Source: Flavobacterium sp. (GTDB taxonomy: Bacteria > Bacteroidota > Bacteroidia > Flavobacteriales > Flavobacteriaceae). From it: a stretch of DNA of 64,000 bases. The stretch lies in contig JANXVF010000080.1 in assembly GCA_025351785.1 (NCBI GenBank), forward strand, positions 44,307 to 108,306, written 5' to 3'. Shown one piece after another: positions 45,068-54,690 of this stretch (positions are counted from its first letter, which is position 1; each line of letters starts with the position of its first letter). Position numbers and translations under genes: made by a program. The notes under the pieces are model-generated. The model saw only the letters and a list, made by a program, of their open reading frames with translations. It ran no database searches and was not told where the DNA came from.

Positions 45068-47623
45068 TTAGAAAGGATAATTAATTCCAATATTTATAAC
45101 AGATTTAGAAAAGTTGAGTTCTCTAAACCATTTTTCGTTTTCTTCTTTTGCGGGATTGTAAGTTTTAAATCCTAAATCTAAGCGTATAACAAATAATCCT
45201 TGATCATAGCGAACTCCAAAACCAGTCCCAAGAGCAATTTCTGGCAATGATTTTAAACCTTTAAACTTATAATTTATATCGGTTACATCATCAAAAACGT
45301 TCCATATATTTCCTGCATCTGCAAATAGAGCCCCATTAATTTTCCCAACCATATTAAATCGCAGTTCTGCATTGAAAGACAATTTTAAATTTGCCTCGTT
45401 AAAATCGTTTACGCCACCACTTTTTCCTGGGCCTAAACTGTATGGTTGCCAAGCACGATTATCATTAGAACCGCCCGAAAAATAACTTCGTGAAAAAGGA
45501 ATACTTTTAGAGTTTCCGTAGGGAACCGCAAGTCCCGAAAAGGTACGTACTGCAAAAACCTGTTTTCCTGATAAATTCCAATGTTTAATATATTCAAATT
45601 CACCTTTTAAATATTGTGAATACTGAACGTCAAATATTGTGTTGGGACCACCTTGATTGATAATTTGCTTGCTTGCTCTTGCAAAAAGTGAAAGCAAGTT
45701 TCCTGCAGATTCTATTTTAGTTTTTATAGCATAAAATGTATTGTCATATAAATCTTTTTTTGTCGATTTTGTAAAACTATAACTTGAAGAGAATATTAAA
45801 TTGTTTTCAGTTAGTCTGTTTTTTCGTTCTTCGATACTTCTCACAGATCTTAAATCGTCTTCAGAAACTGTTGTGGGATTTGCAATTACATTTCCAATAA
45901 AACCGTTTGTTCCCGTTTCTATAATTAATTGATTGGTTTCTGGATTAAAATATTCTGGAGTTTTCGGATAATTATTGGCAATTGCATTCAAGTTATTATA
46001 AGATGATTTATAAATATTAAAATAATTACTCACATTTACATTTTTTATAAATTGAATATTAATCAACTCTAATCGGGCAGTAGTATTTTTTTTAGGTGTC
46101 CAATTGTATGAAAACGAACTTGAAAAACTTTGTTTATCTAGCCCAATGTTGCGTTGTTTTGCAAACCCAACACTAAAAGTAGTAAACGGAAGCATGCTTT
46201 TTGGAATTATTTTATTGGTGTTTATAGGCGATAAAATTCTTGGGAAATTCAATTTAGCATCGACACCAATTTCTGAAATATTAAAGAAATTGTTATTGGG
46301 ATTTGCTTGGTCTCTACTCGCGCCAACGTTTCCTCGAAAACCAATTTCGAAGGTTTCTGCACCATTAAAAATATTTCTAATTCCTAGCGAAGTATTTCCT
46401 GATATCCCAAAATCTTGGATATTAGAATGAATAAAATCGGCAGAATATCCGAAACTGTATTTTTTTCTAGGGGTTAAATAAATGCTAGCAATAAGTCCGT
46501 TGGTGTCTTTTGGGTCTACTTTATATTGAATAATTGGATAATTAAATACTTTAAGATTGCTTAAATATTTAGTTGTTAAATTAGAATTTACATCAGAGTA
46601 ATATGCTCCTTTTTTTATAAAAATCGGGTCGGTTATTGATCTCGGGCGATATTTTAATTTTTTTTCGCTGTATAGATTTACATTTTTAAATTCAATACTA
46701 TCGGTTATTTTAGTGGCAACTTTTCCTGGAATATGATCGGTATAAACATCAACTTTATTGATTTTATAAAGTTTAAAAGGAACCGTTTTTGTCGTGTCAT
46801 TTTCGCGAATAGGCTGGTTTTGAATAATTAATTTAACATTTATTTTTTTATGAGTATCAATTGTGTCTAAATCATATAAAATATAATTGGGTTGAAAAAA
46901 ATAAGCACCGCTGTTTCTGAAATCATAAGTAATTCGCGAACGTTCATTATCAAAATCATCAGTTAAATATTGTTTTTTTACTTTGATTAACGAATTGTTT
47001 TTTTTGAGGTTATATAAGGAATCTAAAACAGGAGTTTTAATATTTGTTTTCAAACTATCAATTAAAAATGGAGTTCCAAACGCAATATTGTATTTCAAAA
47101 CTACTTTTTTAGCCTTTGAAGTATCGGTTGTGTAGGTTGATTTAACATCAAAAAATCCGCGGTTAAAATAATAAGAATTCAATCGGCCAAGTGATTTTTT
47201 TGTTTTTATTGAATCTAATAAAACTGGTTTTTCCCCCGTTTTTATCAAAAATTCGTTTAAACCAGAAATCACAAAAGATTTTCCGAGTCGGTTTACTTGT
47301 TTTTCAGAAAGTAAAGCAGTTAATGTTTTATGTTTTTGAGGATTTTTATCGAGCCAAACATGATAAACTGAATCGCTTTTTTGACGTGCTAAATTGTATA
47401 AATGCAATCGCAATCGATATCCTAAAATTGAAGTATTTGGTTTTTGATAAAGCTGATATTGAACATCTTCGTCGGTAATATTCTTTTTTCCAGATTTTAA
47501 TTCTGTTTTCACAAGAAGTCTTTTACCTTTAGGAATGTGCTTTGTAATATCACAGGCAACAATTATTAGTCCGGTTAAAATAAATACTACTATTTTTGTG
47601 AAGTGATTTTTCAAGAGTCGCAA
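45068..47623 (-). CDS. Omp85 (BamA/TamA) family outer-membrane lipoprotein, TamL-like
   Basis: Lipobox IVAC, POTRA-like region, YFSGGSNDNRAW, FADAGNIWN, C-terminus NIGINYPF. Confidence 0.85.
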   Translation of the reverse strand: MRLLKNHFTKIVVFILTGLIIVACDITKHIPKGKRLLVKTELKSGKKNITDEDVQYQLYQKPNTSILGYRLRLHLYNLARQKSDSVYHVWLDKNPQKHKTLTALLSEKQVNRLGKSFVISGLNEFLIKTGEKPVLLDSIKTKKSLGRLNSYYFNRGFFDVKSTYTTDTSKAKKVVLKYNIAFGTPFLIDSLKTNIKTPVLDSLYNLKKNNSLIKVKKQYLTDDFDNERSRITYDFRNSGAYFFQPNYILYDLDTIDTHKKINVKLIIQNQPIRENDTTKTVPFKLYKINKVDVYTDHIPGKVATKITDSIEFKNVNLYSEKKLKYRPRSITDPIFIKKGAYYSDVNSNLTTKYLSNLKVFNYPIIQYKVDPKDTNGLIASIYLTPRKKYSFGYSADFIHSNIQDFGISGNTSLGIRNIFNGAETFEIGFRGNVGASRDQANPNNNFFNISEIGVDAKLNFPRILSPINTNKIIPKSMLPFTTFSVGFAKQRNIGLDKQSFSSSFSYNWTPKKNTTARLELINIQFIKNVNVSNYFNIYKSSYNNLNAIANNYPKTPEYFNPETNQLIIETGTNGFIGNVIANPTTVSEDDLRSVRSIEERKNRLTENNLIFSSSYSFTKSTKKDLYDNTFYAIKTKIESAGNLLSLFARASKQIINQGGPNTIFDVQYSQYLKGEFEYIKHWNLSGKQVFAVRTFSGLAVPYGNSKSIPFSRSYFSGGSNDNRAWQPYSLGPGKSGGVNDFNEANLKLSFNAELRFNMVGKINGALFADAGNIWNVFDDVTDINYKFKGLKSLPEIALGTGFGVRYDQGLFVIRLDLGFKTYNPAKEENEKWFRELNFSKSVINIGINYPF

Positions 47624-47639
47624 AATTTAATCAAAAGTA
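47591..47639. promoter_or_regulatory. Face-to-face -7 boxes for trmH-like (+, 47591-47598) and tamL-like (-, 47632-47639) genes
   Basis: TATTTTTG on the plus strand; TACTTTTG on the minus strand. Confidence 0.55.
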
Positions 47640-47649
47640 CATTTTTTCT

Positions 47650-48378
47650 ATGGTTACAAAAAACCAAATTAAACTTATTACAAGTTTACAGCAAAAAAAG
47701 TTTAGACAAATTCATCAACTATTTATAGCCGAAGGTGTAAAAGTGATTGATGAACTTCTAAAATCTAATTTTGAGTTAGAGTTTTTATTTGTAACCGAAA
47801 CAATTTTTGAATGGGTAGCCTCTGATAAAAAAAATAGTATCGATTTTGATTCTTTAAAAAAAATTAGCTCCTTATCGACTCCAAATAATTGTTTAGCGGT
47901 TTTTAAAATTCCTGTTCAAAAACCGTATTCTGGTTTTGGGCTCACTGTTGCGTTAGATTCTATTAGCGACCCTGGAAATTTCGGAACTATAATTCGACTT
48001 TGTGACTGGTTTGGCGTTGAGCAAATAGTTTGTTCGACTCAAACGGTCGATTTGTATAATCCAAAAGTTATTCAGGCAACTATGGGATCAATTTCTCGAG
48101 TAACTATTTTGTATACAAATTTGATTGATTTTTTAAAGCAGACAACACTTCCTGTCTATGGAACTTTTATGGATGGCGAAAATGTATATAAAAAAAAATT
48201 ACCTCAAAATGCCATTCTCTTACTTGGAAATGAAGCTAACGGAATTTCAGAAACACTTTCAGGACTTGTTTCAAACAGAATTGCAATACCAAGATTTGGT
48301 AAACTTCAACAGGCTGAAAGTTTAAACGTTGCTACAGCTACAGCAATATTTTTGAGTGAGTTTAAACGAGAAAGTTAA
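47650..48378 (+). CDS. TrmH/SpoU family RNA methyltransferase
   Basis: FIAEG, ISDPGNFGTIIR, QATMGS, GNEANG, ESLNVA. Confidence 0.93.
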   Translation: MVTKNQIKLITSLQQKKFRQIHQLFIAEGVKVIDELLKSNFELEFLFVTETIFEWVASDKKNSIDFDSLKKISSLSTPNNCLAVFKIPVQKPYSGFGLTVALDSISDPGNFGTIIRLCDWFGVEQIVCSTQTVDLYNPKVIQATMGSISRVTILYTNLIDFLKQTTLPVYGTFMDGENVYKKKLPQNAILLLGNEANGISETLSGLVSNRIAIPRFGKLQQAESLNVATATAIFLSEFKRES

Positions 48379-48424
48379 AGTTTATAAACTATTTCAAAAA
48401 AAACAGTAATAATAAAAACAATTT

Positions 48425-49126
48425 TTAATGAAAAGTAAAGTTGATAAAAATTGCACGCGTTTTTAAAGCATCAATGTTTCCTGTCCAGGGACTGTTGGGG
48501 TCATTATCTCGAATTAGCTCGTCGCTCAAACCAAAAACGCCTCGAATAGAAGGTGAAAATTTAAAATATTCTGTGTATAAATCTATGCCAAAACCAAGCT
48601 CGTAGTTGCGAGTCCATGGTTTTACCCTGAAACGTTGTTGCAAATTGTCATCGATTGCTTTAGAATTACTACCTAAATTTAAAGTAGCCGAAACTCCACC
48701 AAGCAAATAGGGACGAATATTACCAATACGTTTAGACGAAAATTTTAGAAGCAACGGAAAATGGATATAAGTTGATTTTACAGGTCTTTCTGCATCCAAT
48801 TTTTTAGTAAATCCAGAGTAAACTAAATCCCGCTCAGTGTAATATAATCCGGGTTCAAAACGTAAATTAATATATTCTTGCAATTTTAAATCGGCAACAA
48901 CTCCTACGTTGAACCCCGTTGTTTTATTTACCAAAATATCTTTTCCGGGTTCGATATAATTTATTTTAAAATCATAACTATTAAATCCTAAATAATATCC
49001 AAAATAAACAATTTGTTTATCAAAATTTTCAAGATTAATAATAGGATCTTTACTAAAAATCCCTTTTGATTGTGCTGTAATTTGAAGTGTAAAAAATAAT
49101 ATAAAATAATAAAATATTTTTTTCAT
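48425..49126 (-). CDS. porT: Type IX secretion system outer-membrane barrel PorT/SprT
   Basis: GYYLGFN, LRFEPGLYY, IHFPLLLKF, GFGIDLY..YFKFSPSIRG. Confidence 0.85.
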   Translation of the reverse strand: MKKIFYYFILFFTLQITAQSKGIFSKDPIINLENFDKQIVYFGYYLGFNSYDFKINYIEPGKDILVNKTTGFNVGVVADLKLQEYINLRFEPGLYYTERDLVYSGFTKKLDAERPVKSTYIHFPLLLKFSSKRIGNIRPYLLGGVSATLNLGSNSKAIDDNLQQRFRVKPWTRNYELGFGIDLYTEYFKFSPSIRGVFGLSDELIRDNDPNSPWTGNIDALKTRAIFINFTFH

Positions 49127-49146
49127 GTGTAAGTACAGATTGAATA

Positions 49147-49878
49147 TTATTTTTTTGAAGCGCTATATATTGTTGCGACACCAAAAGTTTGCGGCATATC
49201 TACTACATCTATAAACCCAACTTTGCGCAAAATATTGTTTAAAACTTCTCCAAAAGGAAAAAAAGATGCAGATTCAGATAAATATCCATATGCCACGTTA
49301 TCTTTTGAGAAAATTTTCCCAATAAAAGGGAGAATGAATTTTGTATAAAAAGTATACCCTTGCTTGTATGGAGTTTTAACGGGATTTGATGTTTCTAATA
49401 TCACAAAAATCCCATTTGGCTTTAAAACCCGTAATATTTCTGACAATCCTTTCTCTAGGTTTTCAAAATTTCTAATACCAAAAGAAACTGTAATTGCATC
49501 AAAATAATTATCAGAATAAGGCATGTTTTCTGAATCACCAATAACCATTTCAATAATTTTGTCGAGCTTTTTGTCTAAAATTTTTTTTTTGCCTACTTCC
49601 AGCATTCCTGCAGAAATATCTAAACCTACAATTTTTTTTGCGTTTGTTTGTGCCATTAAAATCGCCAAATCTCCAGTACCAGTAGCAATATCAAGTATGT
49701 TTTCTGGGTTTTTTACTTGAACGAGTTTTAATACTTTTTTTCTCCATTTTATATCTATCCCAAACGAAATTACTCGGTTTAATCCGTCGTAACTACCAGA
49801 AATAGTATCAAACATTTGAGTAACTTGCTCTTTTTTACCTAATGTTGAATCTTTGTAAGGAGTAATATTTTTTGACAT
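49147..49878 (-). CDS. ubiE: Demethylmenaquinone methyltransferase (UbiE/MenG)
   Basis: QMFDTISGSYD, LDIATGTGD, SFGIRN, RVLKPNG, YGYLSES. Start set at ATG 49878. Confidence 0.95.
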   Translation of the reverse strand: MSKNITPYKDSTLGKKEQVTQMFDTISGSYDGLNRVISFGIDIKWRKKVLKLVQVKNPENILDIATGTGDLAILMAQTNAKKIVGLDISAGMLEVGKKKILDKKLDKIIEMVIGDSENMPYSDNYFDAITVSFGIRNFENLEKGLSEILRVLKPNGIFVILETSNPVKTPYKQGYTFYTKFILPFIGKIFSKDNVAYGYLSESASFFPFGEVLNNILRKVGFIDVVDMPQTFGVATIYSASKK

Positions 49879-49902
49879 ATAAATGTTCAATTTTTTGATT
49901 TG

Positions 49903-49910
49903 CAAAAGTA
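49903..49910 (-). promoter_or_regulatory. -7 promoter box for ubiE-porT
   Basis: TACTTTTG on the minus strand. Confidence 0.65.
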
Positions 49911-49965
49911 CTAAATATTTCTGTTATTAGTTTTTAGCAATTATCAGTAGTATATCTAATTAGAT

Positions 49966-52452
49966 TTAGAAATAAAATCCAACAGATCCTTTAATGGTGA
50001 AATTATTTGCTCCTGGAATATCTTTGTAATTTCCGCGCCAACTTGCATCTAATCTAAAAAATTTAAATATATTTCCGATTCCTGCACTGTATTCAAAATA
50101 GGGTTTCTCTGGCGAAATATAGATTAAATTTGAAGCATTTATAGCTTTATTTTGATCTGAAATAGTTCCATAAACAGCATTTACTCCTATAATTTCTCTC
50201 CAATTTAATTTTCTCATAAACGGTATCCTTGAAAATAATCTTCCGTTAAAGTTGTGATTCCATTTAAGAGTGACATATTTATCAGTTACAAATTCATAAA
50301 AGTTAAGATTACTAAATGTGTTTTCAATAATAAAATAGGTTTGATTTCCTGGAACAACACTTAAAAGTCCGAGTGGTACTTTCCCGAATGTTTGACCTAT
50401 TTCAAATGTAACATTTGATCTACCGAGTGGTCCAATAATTATGGGTTGTTTGTAGTATAATTGCAATCGACTATAGTCAAAATCGCTATTTAAAAGACCT
50501 TTAAAACCATGACTGTAATTTATAAATATTCTGCTAAAAGGTGATTCAACATTAGTTCGCTCCACGCCATATCCAATAGTTTTTCTGTTTGGTGTAAATT
50601 CAACTTGTAAATTTACTTCGGCTTGTTTTACTGAGCTTTTTACTGTTGTAAATGTATCATCAGTATAGTAATTTAAATTAAATTTTTCAGAGGCACTTTC
50701 TAAAGTTCTAAAGCTAAATCCTGTTTGAATCGTGATATTCTTTTTTGGCTCAATTTCTACAGCTACCGAAGTTAAATTTATATTGGTTAGTTTTCCGTTG
50801 CTACCAGTTGTAAATAGTCCCGACGAGGCAAAACTTCTTCCTAAAACATCATTTGTAGTTGTTAAACTTGCTCCAATTTGTTCTACATCACGTCTATTAC
50901 CTCCCGAAATAATGATTCTATTTTTTTTGTCAATCATCCATTTTCCAGAAATTCCATATTTAAATTTGTTATCTTTAAATCCGTATGCAGTGTATCCTTG
51001 CAATCGCCATAAATCATTTCTACCAAAATAGGTTCGACCACCTGCTCGTAATCTTAAACCTTCGACTTCGTTATATCCAATTGTGGAAAAAACCGGACCA
51101 TAATCAAAATTTTTGTAATCAATGTATCCAGTGCCTAATATAGAAGCGGTACTGTAAAGTTGTTTGAATCGTTTAACTTTTTTAAGCGTATCAAGTAATT
51201 TATAAACGCCTGATTCGTCTTTATTGAGTTTCTCAAATCGATTTTCTTTCCAATATTCATCTGTTCTATTATAAATTTCATTATCTAAATAGTTAACTTT
51301 TTCTTGATAAAATTTTTCTGGTTTTTCATCATTAAATTTATGATTTCTAAATAATGTGGTACGTTTTCCATAGATACCTTTCGATTTTTCATTTTTGTTT
51401 AAAACAAAATCAGTCATCATTTGATCTCGAGTAAGTAGAAAAACAGAGTCGTTTTGCACATCAAATTCTTGTTCAATATATATTTCTTTTACCCAGTTTA
51501 TATTGGCACTTTTAGAAACTGCCATGTTGATATTTTTTATGGCAAATGTGGTATCGTTTACCCAGAAATCTCCTTTAAATGTGAGTTCATTTTTTCGTCT
51601 TGGATAAAAAACAATGTTGTAGCACCATTTTTTATCTATAAATGAGCTATCTGTTAATACATAATTGTAAACATCGATTCCTGTTGTTGATAGCGGACTT
51701 GTAAAACTTTTATCAAAAAAGTTTAAGTAGTTGTTGTAAATGTTATAATCATTGTATAAATCTTTAATAAATGCATTTATACCATCTCCGTTTGTAAGTC
51801 CCGAATTTTTATTGGCTTTTATGGTTTCTTTAATTTTTTTTAATTTGTTATCTCCATAAACATCATATAATGCTTCATTTATAAAAACAGGTAAATAGGT
51901 TTTTCCTGTAATTTTTGAAGTATCAAGTTTTTTAAAAACAAATTCCATCCCTTTAAAAATTCTACTTTTCATAAAAGCACTATCAATAGAATTTAAATCA
52001 AACTCTACTTTTTCGTATTTTTCGTAAGCATACTGATCAAATATATTTAATCCATTTTTACGTTTTCGTGCCCAAATCTTTCTAAGAATATCTAATGCGG
52101 GATTATTTTTTTTGGATGTTTTACCGTTATAAATTACAACTTCTTTGAGCATTTGCTCTTCTGTAAGTACAATTTTTAAATCATAATTTACTGCTTTTGT
52201 AAGTTCAAATTCACGGTTATTGTATCCTACAAACGCAACCATTACTGAGGTGTAACTTTTTTTTGATTCTAAATAAAACCGCCCGTTTTCGTCAGTAATA
52301 ATTCCTTCATTTGATCCTTTGAAAACAACATTTGCATAAGCTACTGGCTTATTTTTTTTATCAATAACAACGCCACTAACTTTTGTTTGACTGAAAATAG
52401 TTCCAGTGAAAACAATAATTAACATCAAAAAGAAATATTTTTTTTTAAACAT
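49966..52452 (-). CDS. Large outer-membrane protein with a carboxypeptidase-regulatory-like N-domain (DUF5686-type)
   Basis: VSGVVID...TDENGRFYL N-domain, YEKYEK, SFTSPLS, GLRLRAGGRT, C-terminus GSVGFYF. Confidence 0.8.
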   Translation of the reverse strand: MFKKKYFFLMLIIVFTGTIFSQTKVSGVVIDKKNKPVAYANVVFKGSNEGIITDENGRFYLESKKSYTSVMVAFVGYNNREFELTKAVNYDLKIVLTEEQMLKEVVIYNGKTSKKNNPALDILRKIWARKRKNGLNIFDQYAYEKYEKVEFDLNSIDSAFMKSRIFKGMEFVFKKLDTSKITGKTYLPVFINEALYDVYGDNKLKKIKETIKANKNSGLTNGDGINAFIKDLYNDYNIYNNYLNFFDKSFTSPLSTTGIDVYNYVLTDSSFIDKKWCYNIVFYPRRKNELTFKGDFWVNDTTFAIKNINMAVSKSANINWVKEIYIEQEFDVQNDSVFLLTRDQMMTDFVLNKNEKSKGIYGKRTTLFRNHKFNDEKPEKFYQEKVNYLDNEIYNRTDEYWKENRFEKLNKDESGVYKLLDTLKKVKRFKQLYSTASILGTGYIDYKNFDYGPVFSTIGYNEVEGLRLRAGGRTYFGRNDLWRLQGYTAYGFKDNKFKYGISGKWMIDKKNRIIISGGNRRDVEQIGASLTTTNDVLGRSFASSGLFTTGSNGKLTNINLTSVAVEIEPKKNITIQTGFSFRTLESASEKFNLNYYTDDTFTTVKSSVKQAEVNLQVEFTPNRKTIGYGVERTNVESPFSRIFINYSHGFKGLLNSDFDYSRLQLYYKQPIIIGPLGRSNVTFEIGQTFGKVPLGLLSVVPGNQTYFIIENTFSNLNFYEFVTDKYVTLKWNHNFNGRLFSRIPFMRKLNWREIIGVNAVYGTISDQNKAINASNLIYISPEKPYFEYSAGIGNIFKFFRLDASWRGNYKDIPGANNFTIKGSVGFYF

Positions 52453-52473
52453 ATTTTAGGTAATCTGATAATG

Positions 52474-52509
52474 AAAAAAACTTTATCAAATGGTATTATG
52501 ATAAAGTTT
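52474..52509 (-). terminator. Intrinsic terminator after pdhB
   Basis: AAACTTTATCA-N10-TGATAAAGTTT with a T-run on the minus strand. Confidence 0.75.
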
Positions 52510-52527
52510 CAAATATAGTTGATAAAA

Positions 52528-53505
52528 TTATTTATATAATACTTTTTTTACGGCTTTAACAACTTCATCTGAATTTGGCAACCACTCTTTCAATAAAGTA
52601 GGAGAATAGGGTGCTGGTGTGTCTGCTGTTGTTACTCTGTATATGGGTGCATCTAAATAATCAAAAGCTTTTTGTTGTACCATATATGTAATTTCTGAAG
52701 CCACACTTGCAAATGGCCAAGCTTCTTCTAATACTACAAGTCGATTTGTTTTTTTAACAGAAGTCAGGATAGTTTCATAATCCATAGGACGAACTGTTCT
52801 TAAATCTATTATTTCACAACTAATTCCTTCTTTTTCTAGAATATCGGCTGCCGTGTAAGCCTCTTTTATTATTTTTCCAAAGGATACGATTGTTACATCT
52901 TTACCTTCTCTTTTTATATCGGCAACACCAAGTGGAATGGTATAATCGCCTTCTGGAACTTCACCTTTATCACCATACATTTGTTCAGACTCCATAAAAA
53001 TTACTGGATCATTATCTCTAATGGCAGCTTTTAACAAACCCTTGGCATCATAAACGTTTGATGGGACTACAACTTTTAAACCAGGAGTGTTTGCAAACCA
53101 ATTTTCGAAAGCCTGTGAATGTGTTGCTCCTAATTGTCCTGCTGAAGCTGTTGGACCTCTAAAAACCATTGGCATTGGAAATTGTCCGGCACTCATTTGG
53201 CGCATTTTTGCTGCGTTGTTTATAATTTGATCAATACCTACTAAAGAGAAATTAAAAGTCATATACTCAACTATTGGTCGACATCCATTCATTGCACTTC
53301 CCACTGCAATTCCTGCAAAACCTAGTTCAGCAATTGGAGTGTCGATAACTCTTTTTGGCCCAAACTCGTCTAACATTCCTTTTGAAGCTTTGTATGCACC
53401 ATTGTATTCTGCAACTTCTTCACCCATCAAATACACAGATTCATCGCGACGCATTTCTTCACTCATTGCCTCACAAATGGCTTCTCTAAACTGTATCGTT
53501 CTCAT
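52528..53505 (-). CDS. pdhB: Pyruvate dehydrogenase E1 beta subunit
   Basis: LMGEEV, DTPIAELGF, EYMTFNF, GATHSQ, IDLRTVRP. Confidence 0.94.
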   Translation of the reverse strand: MRTIQFREAICEAMSEEMRRDESVYLMGEEVAEYNGAYKASKGMLDEFGPKRVIDTPIAELGFAGIAVGSAMNGCRPIVEYMTFNFSLVGIDQIINNAAKMRQMSAGQFPMPMVFRGPTASAGQLGATHSQAFENWFANTPGLKVVVPSNVYDAKGLLKAAIRDNDPVIFMESEQMYGDKGEVPEGDYTIPLGVADIKREGKDVTIVSFGKIIKEAYTAADILEKEGISCEIIDLRTVRPMDYETILTSVKKTNRLVVLEEAWPFASVASEITYMVQQKAFDYLDAPIYRVTTADTPAPYSPTLLKEWLPNSDEVVKAVKKVLYK

Positions 53506-53557
53506 AATTTTATTCGGTTTTTATAATCCAAAATTCTAACTATAGATAATCAGATAG

Positions 53558-53565
53558 CAAAAGTA
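53558..53565 (-). promoter_or_regulatory. -7 promoter box for pdhB
   Basis: TACTTTTG on the minus strand. Confidence 0.65.
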
Positions 53566-53648
53566 AAAATTTAAAAGTGATAAATTATTTTATTTGCAAA
53601 TATTTGTAGTTTGTTTTAACGAAAAAGATTTAATTTAACATTAGATTT

Positions 53649-54059
53649 TTAATGTTCCTCCTCACTTTTTTCCTCCTCGTTAACAATATTTTGTAAATCT
53701 TCGTATTCTTTTTGAAGTTCTATTATTTCGTGTTCCGATTTTTTTTCAATACTTACAATTAAATTGCTAGCTTGATCGTGCGATAAAATGAGTTCATTTA
53801 GCTTTAATTGTAATGAAGCAGAAAAATGATTGAACGTTTTTTGAATAATAAATAAACTCAAAAATGTTACAGCTTGAATGATATCTCCAACTAAATTTGC
53901 TGCTATAATTGAGTAGAAATTTCTGTGAATTATCCAAAACGAAACTAGAATTACAGCAATAAAAAAAACTATTGAATTACCGAGCAAAAACGAACCATAG
54001 CTTGTAATTTTTTCAAAAAATCGTTCGAAAGCTCTGTATTTTTGTTTCAGTCTTTCCAT
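53649..54059 (-). CDS. Low-affinity iron permease (Fet4-like) family protein, divergent
   Basis: TFLSLFIIQK...LQLKLNELI...ASN.IVSIEK family pattern; two TM segments. Confidence 0.7.
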   Translation of the reverse strand: MERLKQKYRAFERFFEKITSYGSFLLGNSIVFFIAVILVSFWIIHRNFYSIIAANLVGDIIQAVTFLSLFIIQKTFNHFSASLQLKLNELILSHDQASNLIVSIEKKSEHEIIELQKEYEDLQNIVNEEEKSEEEH

Positions 54060-54075
54060 AATAAATTAATATGAG

Positions 54076-54690
54076 TTAAAATAAACCATTAATTTCTGCA
54101 TTAATTTTGTTTATTACAAATCCTAAATCTTCAGGATTATTAACAAAATCGAGATTGTCAACATCAATAATTAGTAGTTTACCTTTATTATATCCCGTAA
54201 TCCAAGCTTCATAACGTTCATTTAATCGGCTTAAATAGTCAATAGAAATTGTGTTTTCGTATTCTCGACCTCGTTTATGAATTTGAGATACCAAATTTGG
54301 GATTGAACTTCGCAGATAAATCAATAAATCTGGTGGAGCAACCAAGCTTTCCATGAGTTCAAATAATGAGGAATAATTTTGAAAGTCGCGGTTAGTCATC
54401 AATCCCATTGCATGAAGGTTTGGAGCAAAAATATGCGCATCTTCATAAATCGTTCTATCTTGAATTATTTTTTTTCCGCTTTCGCGAATTTGCAAAACTT
54501 GTCTAAAACGGCTGTTTAAAAAATAAATTTGAAGGTTAAAGGACCATCGTTCCATTTGGTGATAAAAATCATCTAAGTAAGGATTATCAACTACATCTTC
54601 AAAATGGGGTTCCCATTTAAAATGTTTCGCCAAAGATTGTGTTAATGAGGTTTTGCCTGCGCCAATATTCCCTGCTACTGCTATGTGCAT
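54076..54690 (-). CDS. Deoxynucleoside kinase
   Basis: P-loop GNIGAGKT, FLNSRF, QDRTIYED, RGREYE. Confidence 0.93.
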   Translation of the reverse strand: MHIAVAGNIGAGKTSLTQSLAKHFKWEPHFEDVVDNPYLDDFYHQMERWSFNLQIYFLNSRFRQVLQIRESGKKIIQDRTIYEDAHIFAPNLHAMGLMTNRDFQNYSSLFELMESLVAPPDLLIYLRSSIPNLVSQIHKRGREYENTISIDYLSRLNERYEAWITGYNKGKLLIIDVDNLDFVNNPEDLGFVINKINAEINGLF

